Source: an uncultured virus (IMG/VR IMGVR_UViG_3300035675_000007) (taxonomy: Duplodnaviria > Heunggongvirae > Uroviricota > Caudoviricetes). Taken from it: a DNA stretch of 20,000 nt. Under the pieces are notes generated by a model. The model saw only the letters and a list, made by a program, of their open reading frames with translations, was not told the origin of the DNA and did not search any database. The stretch lies in the IMG/VR virus record IMGVR_UViG_3300035675_000007; one strand, written 5' to 3'. A program made the translations under genes and the position numbers. This document shows positions 8,436 to 15,654 of this stretch, piece after piece (the stretch's first letter is position 1; the number at the start of each line of letters is the position of its first letter).

Positions 8436-9245
8436 ATGCGTAAGCCGTCTATCTCGACACTCGCCGCACAAGAGAAGTCCCGAAAGGCCATTCACGGGAT
8501 GTATCAGCTCCTCGCCCCGGTTGGGCAGGAGTCGACGGAAAGCGTCAACTACAAGAGTCTCGCAGCGGCGATCGGCGTCGAGCCGTACCTGCTCCAGCGG
8601 ATCATCACCCTGCTGGCCAAGAAGGGCGCGCTCGTGCGTCGTTACCGAGGGCATGTCGGCCAGCCCAGCGCCGGCAAGTCCAGCTACTGGACGCTCACCG
8701 TCCCAGAGGAGGAAGCCGTCAAGATCATGATCTCGGACTGGAAGAACCTCTACCAGCCAACCCCCAAGCCGAAGGAAACCCCGGCGAAGGAGATCGCAGC
8801 CGACGCTGTCGTCGTCGCCGATGAGCGCTCGCCGGAAGAGGTCCGTGCCATCGCCGGACCGGAGAACAAGAACGAGCCGTTCGAGGTTCTCCGCCATCTG
8901 CGTCGTGACGAATCCGCAGCGCAAGTGGAAGCCGTGCGCCAGTACATCGATCGGGCTGCATTCCTCGATCAGAAGCTGGACGAGCTGGCCAAGGCGGGGA
9001 TCACCGTGAACCGCGCAGCCATCGTGTTCGAGCGCGACGAGCGCCTCGAAACGCTGGCCCTCCTCCTGCCCTACATCAACAACCTGGAGGGTCGGATCAC
9101 CGTCATGCAGGAGACGATCGAGTCCCTGCAGAAGAAGGCCTCCGTGTCAACCGAGCTGGCACAGGAGAACCGCAAGCTGAAGGAGCAGAACCAGCGCCTC
9201 ATCTCCGAGAAGGTCGGGCGCAGCATCGTGAGCGCCTCGGCATGA
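8436..9245 (+). CDS. Putative DNA-binding protein: N-terminal winged HTH plus C-terminal coiled coil
   Basis: GAGGAG SD; YKSLAAAIGVEPYLLQRIITLLAKKGALVRR..G...YWTL is wHTH-like; heptad-rich C-terminus. Confidence 0.75.
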   Translation: MRKPSISTLAAQEKSRKAIHGMYQLLAPVGQESTESVNYKSLAAAIGVEPYLLQRIITLLAKKGALVRRYRGHVGQPSAGKSSYWTLTVPEEEAVKIMISDWKNLYQPTPKPKETPAKEIAADAVVVADERSPEEVRAIAGPENKNEPFEVLRHLRRDESAAQVEAVRQYIDRAAFLDQKLDELAKAGITVNRAAIVFERDERLETLALLLPYINNLEGRITVMQETIESLQKKASVSTELAQENRKLKEQNQRLISEKVGRSIVSASA

Positions 9246-9412
9246 ACGAGGACAAGGACTACAACGAAGCGGCGGCTGCGAAGCTCGCCGAACAGTGGAC
9301 GGCGATGTGGGCGGTGATGGTGAGGGGAGGCCTCCCGCCCAAGGATGCCACCCGCGTCCTGCGGACCTACATCAAAGCCACCTTCGGGCATATGGACTGG
9401 AGGCCCAAGTGA
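9242..9412 (+). CDS. Small hypothetical protein (56 aa, MNEDKDYNEAAAAKLAEQWTAMW...DWRPK), absent from the ORF track
   Basis: ATGA overlap upstream and GTGA overlap downstream; exactly fills the gap. Confidence 0.7.
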   Translation: MNEDKDYNEAAAAKLAEQWTAMWAVMVRGGLPPKDATRVLRTYIKATFGHMDWRPK

Positions 9413-10191
9413 CGCCACCCGTTGTGCTCTCGGCATCATCGGTAGCGACCTACCTGCGATGCGGCCAGCAGTGGTACTACGCCTACATCATGAACTACAA
9501 GGAACCGCCCAACCTCAAGAAGGTGGTGGGCATCGCGACCCACCGGGCGGTCGAGCTGAACATGGAGCAGAAGATCACCACCAAGGTCGATCTTCCGACC
9601 GAGCAGGTCCTCGACGCGTTCGCCGACGCGTTCGACAAGGAGTCCGAGGACGTCGAACCCGATGAGCGGGAGAGCCCCGGCGAGGCGAAGGACTCCGGGA
9701 TCGCGATCACCCGCCTCTATCACGAGACGGTCGGTCCTCCGATCCAGCCGTACTGGGTGGAGCGGCAGGTGCAGTACGCGGTCGATGGGGTGCCGTTCAC
9801 CGGCATCCTCGATCTCGTCGAGGAGCGCACCGATCCCGTCATGGGCAGCCAGCACTTCGTTCTGCGGGACGTGAAGACCACGGCGCAGACGCCTTCACGC
9901 CAGCGGTACGCCATCCAGATGACCGGCTATGCCGTCGCCGTCAAGCACGAGACGGGCCAGGACAGTGCCGATGTCATCCTCGACTTCCTCGTGCGAACGA
10001 AGCTTCCCAAGTACGTCCCCCTCTACGCCGACGTCACCAAGAACACGATCCGCCAGTTCAGCGACGTCGTGGGACAGGTGATGAATGGCATCAACGCAGG
10101 CAACTTCCCACCGAACGGGCTGGTCGGCACGGCCTGCTCGTGGTGTGGCTACCGAGATATCTGTCCGGCATTCAAGGAGTTCAGCAAGTGA
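9409..10191 (+). CDS. Cas4/RecB/AddB-like PD-(D/E)xK exonuclease with predicted Fe-S cluster
   Basis: LSASSVATYLRC, GIATH, GILDLV...DVKT, QMTGY, CSWCGYRDICP (1+3 Cys). Confidence 0.88.
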   Translation: MTPPVVLSASSVATYLRCGQQWYYAYIMNYKEPPNLKKVVGIATHRAVELNMEQKITTKVDLPTEQVLDAFADAFDKESEDVEPDERESPGEAKDSGIAITRLYHETVGPPIQPYWVERQVQYAVDGVPFTGILDLVEERTDPVMGSQHFVLRDVKTTAQTPSRQRYAIQMTGYAVAVKHETGQDSADVILDFLVRTKLPKYVPLYADVTKNTIRQFSDVVGQVMNGINAGNFPPNGLVGTACSWCGYRDICPAFKEFSK

Positions 10192-10514
10192 GCGACGTGA
10201 ACGTGGCGGTCGTGAGTGGATCGCTGGAGAAGGACCCGGTCATCAGCTCGACCAACACCGGCATCGAGATGGCCAACTTCTCGCTCGTCTGCACCGAGGA
10301 GTACCAGGGAAAGACGAAGGAGATCCTCGTCAAGTGCATGGCGTGGGGCGACACCGCCACGGCCGTGGCGGAGCTTCATCAAGGCGACCTCATCGTCGTG
10401 CAGGGGAAGCTGAATGGGAAGCGGAGCGAGAAGTCCGGCTACATCTCCATGGAGCTGACGGTCTCGCGCTTCATCGTCCCCTTCCAGCTGGGGGCGGGGC
10501 CGCTCTTCCAGTGA
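10188..10514 (+). CDS. ssb: Single-stranded DNA-binding protein (OB fold, no acidic tail)
   Basis: NVAVVSGSLEKDP...ANFSL...CMAWG..A...GDLIVVQGKL SSB pattern; AAGGAG SD. Confidence 0.85.
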   Translation: MSDVNVAVVSGSLEKDPVISSTNTGIEMANFSLVCTEEYQGKTKEILVKCMAWGDTATAVAELHQGDLIVVQGKLNGKRSEKSGYISMELTVSRFIVPFQLGAGPLFQ

Positions 10515-10524
10515 GGACGGAGTA

Positions 10525-11031
10525 ATGCACTTCAGCGTTCTCGTGATGACCCGACAGGGTCTCGACGGCCAGATAGCTCGACAGCTCGACAAATTCGACG
10601 AGAACGATCCGAGTTGCACCAACCCGAAGTGGGACTGGTGGGTCATCGGCGGTGGCTTCAGCGGCATGCTCGACGGCTACGATCCAAGAACTAATCCGAA
10701 GAACTACAAGCCCTGTGCCTACTGCGAGGCGACGGGGATCACGACAGAGGCGGTCGCCGAGAAGCACCCCGCCTACAAGCCCCACGTCGGCAAGACGTGC
10801 ATTCAATGCCTGGGAAGCGGCAAGAGGCTCGTTTCTCCATCTGAGCTGGAACCACACGAGGGAGACCATCGGGCGGCGATCCTGGTCACCCGCGAGTCTC
10901 TCTCCTACGTGCCCTACGCGATCATCGACCTTGCTGGCCAATGGCATGAAATCGAGTCCAGCGAAGAGGTTGAGGAGATCATCCAGAACAACCTGGCCTC
11001 CGTCGTAAGCGTGGTTGACTGCCATGACTGA
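10525..11031 (+). CDS. Phage hypothetical protein with KWDWWVIGG motif and inserted DnaJ-type zinc finger
   Basis: NPKWDWWVIGGGF, CAYCEATG...CIQCLGSG, C-terminal VVDCH. Confidence 0.75.
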   Translation: MHFSVLVMTRQGLDGQIARQLDKFDENDPSCTNPKWDWWVIGGGFSGMLDGYDPRTNPKNYKPCAYCEATGITTEAVAEKHPAYKPHVGKTCIQCLGSGKRLVSPSELEPHEGDHRAAILVTRESLSYVPYAIIDLAGQWHEIESSEEVEEIIQNNLASVVSVVDCHD

Positions 11032-11296
11032 CGAGTCGATCTTCCGTCCGTATGACCCGCCCACCCAACAGGAACGTCTGCTGGAGCTACTCATCGAGTC
11101 GTTCCCAGAGGGCCTGAGCGCGATGGAGATCCTCCGTCGCGGTGGGATCTACCGGGCTGCGGCAAGGGTGTCCGAGTTACGTAAGAGGGGCTGGCTCATC
11201 GAGACAAAGACCGAGCACGGCAAGACGGCGGTATATCGCCTGACGAGCCTGACCAACATCTACTGGAAGCCCGAGCAGAAGGATCTCGGGCTGTGA
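11024..11296 (+). CDS. Winged HTH DNA-binding protein (HTH_39-like)
   Basis: TQQERLLELL...GIYRAAARVSELRKRGWLIET...YRL. Confidence 0.8.
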   Translation: MTDESIFRPYDPPTQQERLLELLIESFPEGLSAMEILRRGGIYRAAARVSELRKRGWLIETKTEHGKTAVYRLTSLTNIYWKPEQKDLGL

Positions 11297-11307
11297 GGAG
11301 GACCGAC

Positions 11308-12123
11308 ATGGCACGCAAGCAGGAACAACCACTCTCCGAGCAGGAGCAGCTGGAGATCGAGAGCCCAAGCGACTACGGCTCCGACGAGCCGACACCCGAG
11401 GCCATCGTCGACGCCGAGGACGCGGTCGAGCGCAAGCGACCGTGGGCGAGCGATCCGTTCATCAACCTCAAGGGCAAGATGTATCTGCCGGCTCGCCGGC
11501 GCATCCAGTGGTTCCGTGGTGACATCGAGCCACATCCACTTTGGACGATCGACACCGTGGAGCTGCTCCACGAGCGAGGCAAGCGGATCTCACCGTCAAG
11601 GATCGAGGGCGGCTATGCCCTGATCCGGGCCGAGGTGCGTGATGACACCGGCAGGCTCATCGCCGCCGGGTCGAAGAGCGAGCACAGCGAGAACTTCCCC
11701 GACTACTACGAGAAGGCGGAGACAGGTGCAATCGCGCGTGCGCTGGCAGTCGCCGGATACGGCACGGAGCTGGCGATGGACCTCGACGAAGGGGTCGCAG
11801 AGGACGGGTCGCTCCGGATCGCCGACAGCCCCGTCCAGGTCACAACATCCTCTGTTCCATCGGCAGGTCGGGGTGGACGAAGCACGACGCCGACCGAGGC
11901 CCACGTCCAGGAGATAGCGCGCCTCGCAGCGCGCCTCGGCCTGTCGGCCCGCGGGGTTGCCGACATGCTCAACTCCCTCCTCCCCGACAAGGTGAGCATC
12001 ACGCTCGGGGATGATCCGGCTGAGGACTCGGCCACGATCAGGGCCTGGATCAGCAGGCTCTCCCCGGAAGAGGTGGCATTCGTCATCGACGCCATGCAGA
12101 TGGCGATCAAGGCACGGCCATGA
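11308..12123 (+). CDS. Putative single-strand annealing protein (Sak/Rad52-like)
   Basis: GAGGAGG SD; LKGKMYL..RRIQWFR and EKAETGAIARALAVAGYG motifs; context with exonuclease and SSB. Confidence 0.7.
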   Translation: MARKQEQPLSEQEQLEIESPSDYGSDEPTPEAIVDAEDAVERKRPWASDPFINLKGKMYLPARRRIQWFRGDIEPHPLWTIDTVELLHERGKRISPSRIEGGYALIRAEVRDDTGRLIAAGSKSEHSENFPDYYEKAETGAIARALAVAGYGTELAMDLDEGVAEDGSLRIADSPVQVTTSSVPSAGRGGRSTTPTEAHVQEIARLAARLGLSARGVADMLNSLLPDKVSITLGDDPAEDSATIRAWISRLSPEEVAFVIDAMQMAIKARP

Positions 12124-12124
12124 G

Positions 12125-12418
12125 ATGGAGATCACGCACTACGTTCTCGATGGACACGAAGTACGAGAAGCCCCGCTGCGTGAGTGGGTGTCGTTCTTCG
12201 AGAACACGGACGCCCGCAGGGTAGCCCTCGACGTAATCGATAACACGAGCATCTCCACCGTCTTCATCGGCGTGGACGAGACACAGCTGTTCGAGACGAT
12301 GATCTTCGGCGGCGGATATCCGGATTTGTGCTGGCGATACGACACGTGGGACGAGGCCATGGAGGGCCACAGGGACATTGTTGCCCGCCTCCTGGTCGGC
12401 CTCCCACCGAGGAAGTGA
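12125..12418 (+). CDS. Conserved-looking phage hypothetical protein
   Basis: ISTVFIG...LFETMIFGG...RYDTWDEAMEGH pattern recalled from phage proteins. Confidence 0.75.
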   Translation: MEITHYVLDGHEVREAPLREWVSFFENTDARRVALDVIDNTSISTVFIGVDETQLFETMIFGGGYPDLCWRYDTWDEAMEGHRDIVARLLVGLPPRK

Positions 12419-12419
12419 G

Positions 12420-12614
12420 ATGACGAACGAGAAGAAGGTGTCTCCTCTCCGTCCCGGGAACGAGAGGGAGGAGCCGGAACCGCAACGGCTGACGTTCGGC
12501 ATGCACAAGATCTGCACGACCTGCAAGGGGACCGGGCGGCTCGGGCGATCTGACAAGTCGTCCGCGTGCATGCACTGCAGCGGAAGGGGGTTCGTTCCCT
12601 ATGCCGGAATGTAA
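12420..12614 (+). CDS. Small DnaJ-type zinc-finger protein
   Basis: CTTCKGTG and CMHCSGRG. Confidence 0.75.
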   Translation: MTNEKKVSPLRPGNEREEPEPQRLTFGMHKICTTCKGTGRLGRSDKSSACMHCSGRGFVPYAGM

Positions 12615-13125
12615 GCGCTGCTGCGTCTTCTACCGCAGCGGGTCGTATTACTCGCATCGACGCTCAGACACGCACCGCGACACCCTGGCACATAACCAGG
12701 ACCGATTCGGTGCGCTGACGGTCAGGTGCAAGATCTGCGAGGAGCCATATCCGACGGGGGGCTACTCCGAGCACGCCCAATGGGAGCAGCACGTCAGGCT
12801 CACGAAAGCCGGAAGCAGACGCCTGCTCCGGGGCATCGCGCTCGCTACCTACGCCAATCGCCTGAGGAGGATCAGCGCTGCCGTCATGAGCGGAGTCACG
12901 ATGGCGGAGGTAGGCAGGCAGTTCGGGATCACGAAGCAGCGCGTCCACCAGATCGCCAAGGATGCGCGGATCAAGAAGCCGATCTACGTCCGGCGAATAC
13001 CAGCCACGAGGTGCTACCTCTGCGACGAGGCATTCACCTCGTGGTCAGACCACGCCATTGGTCCAGAGCACATTCGTCGGAGGGACGAGATCGGAAACTT
13101 CATCCGGAAGTACCGTCCCTCATGA
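12601..13125 (+). CDS. Triple C2H2-like zinc-finger protein with internal sigma70-region-4-like HTH
   Basis: Three CxxC-x(9-11)-H-x5-H units; TMAEVGRQFGITKQRVHQI HTH. Confidence 0.75.
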   Translation: MPECKRCCVFYRSGSYYSHRRSDTHRDTLAHNQDRFGALTVRCKICEEPYPTGGYSEHAQWEQHVRLTKAGSRRLLRGIALATYANRLRRISAAVMSGVTMAEVGRQFGITKQRVHQIAKDARIKKPIYVRRIPATRCYLCDEAFTSWSDHAIGPEHIRRRDEIGNFIRKYRPS

Positions 13126-13134
13126 ACGTGCCGG

Positions 13135-13390
13135 GGGCGCTGGGCTTAAGCGGGGCACACGCCCCCCTTGCGGGGAGGCGTGGGTGCCGTACGGCCTTGG
13201 GGAATCGCGTACGCACCTTCCGAGAGGCTGGCCCCTGGTCTGCCTTTACGCCATCGCCTCTCGCGCCCGCTGTTCACCACAGCGCAGGACGGGGGTTCAC
13301 GTGGAATCAGGGTGGTGCAAGCGCACCTCCGGGTCTATCTCCCGGCTCGTCCACGCCCGATGCACCACTTCGGCTTGCGCCTATCCTGGG
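13135..13390 (-). ncRNA. Candidate structured non-coding RNA, family unknown
   Basis: About nine helices in an intergenic gap; two GCAA-capped hairpins and G-U-closing pairs that work only on the - strand. Confidence 0.5.
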
Positions 13391-13417
13391 CTTTACGGAT
13401 GGAGTACGATATTCCTA

Positions 13418-13445
13418 CATCGAGGATTGCGTGGAACCCTCGATG
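13418..13445. promoter_or_regulatory. Inverted repeat CATCGAGG-N12-CCTCGATG (operator or hairpin)
   Basis: Perfect 8-bp arms at 13418-13425 and 13438-13445. Confidence 0.5.
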
Positions 13446-13449
13446 GGCT

Positions 13450-13490
13450 GGACCGCCGAGGCTGGAGAGCGCTTCGGCGGTCCTTTCTTT
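13450..13490 (+). terminator. Intrinsic terminator
   Basis: 13-bp stem GGACCGCCGAGGC/GCTTCGGCGGTCC (one G-U) followed by TTTCTTT. Confidence 0.75.
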
Positions 13491-13516
13491 ACGGGGCTCT
13501 CCAGCCGGCATAGTCT
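13488..13516 (+). promoter_or_regulatory. Putative sigma70-type promoter TTTACG-N17-TAGTCT
   Basis: -35 at 13488-13493, 17-nt spacer, -10 TAnnnT at 13511-13516, ~60 nt upstream of the GTG at 13579. Confidence 0.6.
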
Positions 13517-13578
13517 ACGCCCCCGCCGGGGGCCGTACATGGCGATTCTGCAGCCGTTATCGTGAGGAGGAACAGCCC

Positions 13579-14085
13579 GTGCCACGCCCGGGCCAGGACA
13601 AGTGGCCCTGTGTCTTCCGCGGGATCTTCATCAGGGAGGTCGTCGATCCGAAGGTCAAGCGGGCCTACGATGCCGAGAAGAAGAAGGCCAACTTCGGCGA
13701 TCTTCGACGGACATGGAGGGAGGAACACTGCAAGACACTCAATCCGTATGGGTCAGACACCTGCCCATATCCAGAGCACGACTGCGCCCTGGCCTTCTAC
13801 AAGGCAGCGACTGACGCAGCCGTCGCAGACAACCCCGGTGGTGCGTTTCGCCGTAAGGCCCGCATCATGGCCCTCGACCGGGCCGAGAACAAACCGCTGA
13901 GCCGAGATGCGCCGACACGCGAAGCGCGATCCGGTGACGCCGGACCTGCGCCTGCAGATCTTCGAGAGGGATCAGGGGTGTATCGCCCCCCGACTCGACC
14001 TGTCCGAATCGGGTCGATGTTCGGGACGGCTCACGCTAGACCACGTCAAGGACAAGCCGATGATGGGAAAGCGAGCCCCAAGTGA
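13579..14085 (+). CDS. Hypothetical protein (HC..C..HDC metal motif; NPGGAF motif)
   Basis: GAGGAGG SD at 13564-13570 and GTG 13579; the upstream extension to 13168 is judged non-coding. Confidence 0.7.
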   Translation: MPRPGQDKWPCVFRGIFIREVVDPKVKRAYDAEKKKANFGDLRRTWREEHCKTLNPYGSDTCPYPEHDCALAFYKAATDAAVADNPGGAFRRKARIMALDRAENKPLSRDAPTREARSGDAGPAPADLREGSGVYRPPTRPVRIGSMFGTAHARPRQGQADDGKASPK

Positions 14086-14191
14086 CCGAGCCCACCTTGT
14101 CGTCCTCTGTGAATGGCACCACCTCTGGAGCGGATGGGCAACCGCCAATCGACCCATCCTACGTGCTTATCTCCAGTCTCGGGAGTCGTGA
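13907..14191 (+). CDS. Small HNH-like endonuclease
   Basis: LRLQIFERDQGC...C..RLTLDHV...HLVVLCEWHH. Confidence 0.75.
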   Translation: MRRHAKRDPVTPDLRLQIFERDQGCIAPRLDLSESGRCSGRLTLDHVKDKPMMGKRAPSDRAHLVVLCEWHHLWSGWATANRPILRAYLQSRES

Positions 14192-14393
14192 GGTCCTGAT
14201 CCTCGGCCCGGCCCGCTGTCAGGGCTGCGGCCTCCTGGTCTTTCTGTGGACGGACATGATCTGGCGCGACCCGAACCGTCGGGAGCACCACTGCAATCCA
14301 GCCAAAGCGCGCCACGTGGCCCAGGTGGGCCTCGACCGCTACCGCCCGCTCCATGAGCTGATCCCCCAGGCTCCAGAGGGCTACGAGTGGTAA
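14082..14393 (+). CDS. Hypothetical zinc-binding protein (start uncertain: 14082 or 14163)
   Basis: ARCQGCG...HHC; C-terminal part fills the gap to the next gene. Confidence 0.55.
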   Translation: MTEPTLSSSVNGTTSGADGQPPIDPSYVLISSLGSREVLILGPARCQGCGLLVFLWTDMIWRDPNRREHHCNPAKARHVAQVGLDRYRPLHELIPQAPEGYEW

Positions 14394-14794
14394 AAGGGCA
14401 TATCCAGCGGCTCTACGACCGCCGGGCTCTCTACTTCAACCGCAAGGCCATCTCGATGGGTCTCCACGGCACCGTGACGGCCGAGGAGCTGGTCGTCCTG
14501 CCGCTGGTCTGTCACTACTGCGGGATCGGCTTGACGCACTCCCTGACGGAGTTCGACCACCAGATCCCGTTCGAGCGGGGCGGCTCGAACACGATCGACA
14601 ACATCGTCCGCTGCTGCAAACACTGCAACGGGACGAAGTTCACCAAGACGCCGACGGAGTTTCTCGAATTCCAGGAAGAGCCATTTCTTTGCATTGTGTG
14701 CGGTCGTTCTTTCCGACCACGATACAGTGACTGGAAGCGCGGTTACGGAACGACCTGCAGCCGGAAGTGTGCCGCCAAGAAGAGGTTCCTATGA
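14387..14794 (+). CDS. HNH endonuclease with C-terminal CxxC...CSxxC zinc finger
   Basis: CHYCG...FDHQIPFERGGSNTIDNIVRCCKHCNGTK; CIVCG...CSRKC. Confidence 0.88.
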   Translation: MVKGHIQRLYDRRALYFNRKAISMGLHGTVTAEELVVLPLVCHYCGIGLTHSLTEFDHQIPFERGGSNTIDNIVRCCKHCNGTKFTKTPTEFLEFQEEPFLCIVCGRSFRPRYSDWKRGYGTTCSRKCAAKKRFL

Positions 14795-14994
14795 CCAGAC
14801 TCATGCTGGCCCTCGGGGTGACGGGGTTGACCTTCGTCATCCTGCTCGGGCTGTATCTCCTCTACACGTTTATCGGTGAGATGGTCTGGATGCTGGCCAT
14901 CGCCGCTCTCGCAGCTGGGGCGGGCATCTGGCTCGCAGATTGGGTGACCGAGAAGTGGGCCGAGCGCCAGAAGGAGCGCACCAAGGAGGGCTGA
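14791..14994 (+). CDS. Small membrane protein, 2 TM helices with charged tail
   Basis: ATGA overlap; two hydrophobic stretches. Confidence 0.7.
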   Translation: MTRLMLALGVTGLTFVILLGLYLLYTFIGEMVWMLAIAALAAGAGIWLADWVTEKWAERQKERTKEG

Positions 14995-15386
14995 ACCCCT
15001 GGGTCGTCGAGATCCCGGGTCAGCCGATCTCCGTCAACCACCTGTATCGCCAGACGTTGGTGAGGAGGGGGGATCGGACGGTACGGGCGATGCGCAAGGA
15101 CGACGGGGTGGAGAACTACCAGGTTCTCGCCTCGATGTGCACGAAGATGGCGGTGCCCAAACCGTGGAAGGAGTATCTGGCCGGCAGTCCCAAGGAGTAC
15201 ATCAGGATGCGCTACTGGTTCTTCTTGAACCACGACATGGACTGCTCGAACGCGTTCAAGGCGCTCGAAGACGCTATCGCCCATGCCCTCGGGATCAATG
15301 ACAAGCGCTTCCTCCCCTGCGCCGTCGCCAAGACGACCGGGAACAAGGAGCCCTACGTCAAGGTCGAGGTGAGCGTTGATGGATAA
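14991..15386 (+). CDS. rusA: RusA-like Holliday junction resolvase (start uncertain: CTG 14991 or TTG 14940)
   Basis: IPGQPISVNHLY; DMDCSNAFKALEDAI...GINDK; EPYVKVEV. Confidence 0.8.
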   Translation: MNPWVVEIPGQPISVNHLYRQTLVRRGDRTVRAMRKDDGVENYQVLASMCTKMAVPKPWKEYLAGSPKEYIRMRYWFFLNHDMDCSNAFKALEDAIAHALGINDKRFLPCAVAKTTGNKEPYVKVEVSVDG

Positions 15387-15561
15387 GCAGATTCCAGCCC
15401 ATGAGCCACGGGAGCCGTTTCTCAGGATGACAAGATGGAAGAAGGTCAAGAAGACAAACGGCTCGGAGTGGCAGTCGTCGGCGACGCACTGCTCCCTGTG
15501 CGGGGCCAAGGTCTATCTGGACGGGGACAGGTGGGTGCACCTTCCGAGGCCGGACAAATAG
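15379..15561 (+). CDS. Small hypothetical zinc-binding protein
   Basis: GAGGTG SD; HCSLCG...WVH. Confidence 0.55.
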   Translation: MDKQIPAHEPREPFLRMTRWKKVKKTNGSEWQSSATHCSLCGAKVYLDGDRWVHLPRPDK

Positions 15562-15577
15562 AAGGACAAATAGAAGG
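15552..15577. repeat. 12-bp tandem duplication (GGACAAATAGAA)x2 + GG
   Basis: Exact repeat at 15552-15563 and 15564-15575. Confidence 0.9.
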
Positions 15578-15654
15578 CGACTTGATGCTTCTTATCTGGA
15601 TACTTGACGAGTTGCTGAGGCAGCACCTCCGGAACACCCTGTGGAGGGGAGTAC

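Noticed and set aside
9409..10191. CRISPR-Cas locus suggested by the Cas4-like gene
   Set aside because: No repeat-spacer array or other cas genes; solo Cas4-like exonucleases are common in phage recombination modules.
13126..13520. tRNA, tmRNA, SRP, RNase P, group I intron or HEARO/omega RNA identity for the structured region
   Set aside because: No T-loop or acceptor stem, no SRP or RNase P consensus; CATAGTCT resembles a group I S element but has no GACTA partner upstream; the nearby HNH proteins are small, have no RuvC motifs and lie on the other strand.
13168..13578. N-terminal extension of the 305-aa ORF, and ORFs 12726-13565 and 12962-13513, across the intergenic region
   Set aside because: Arg/Pro/Gly-rich translation without codon bias, an internal terminator and promoter, and a strong SD at 13564 point to a start at 13579.
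14791..14994. 2-TM protein as the holin
   Set aside because: Sits among early nucleases; the 3-TM gene at 18114-18443 fits the lysis context better.
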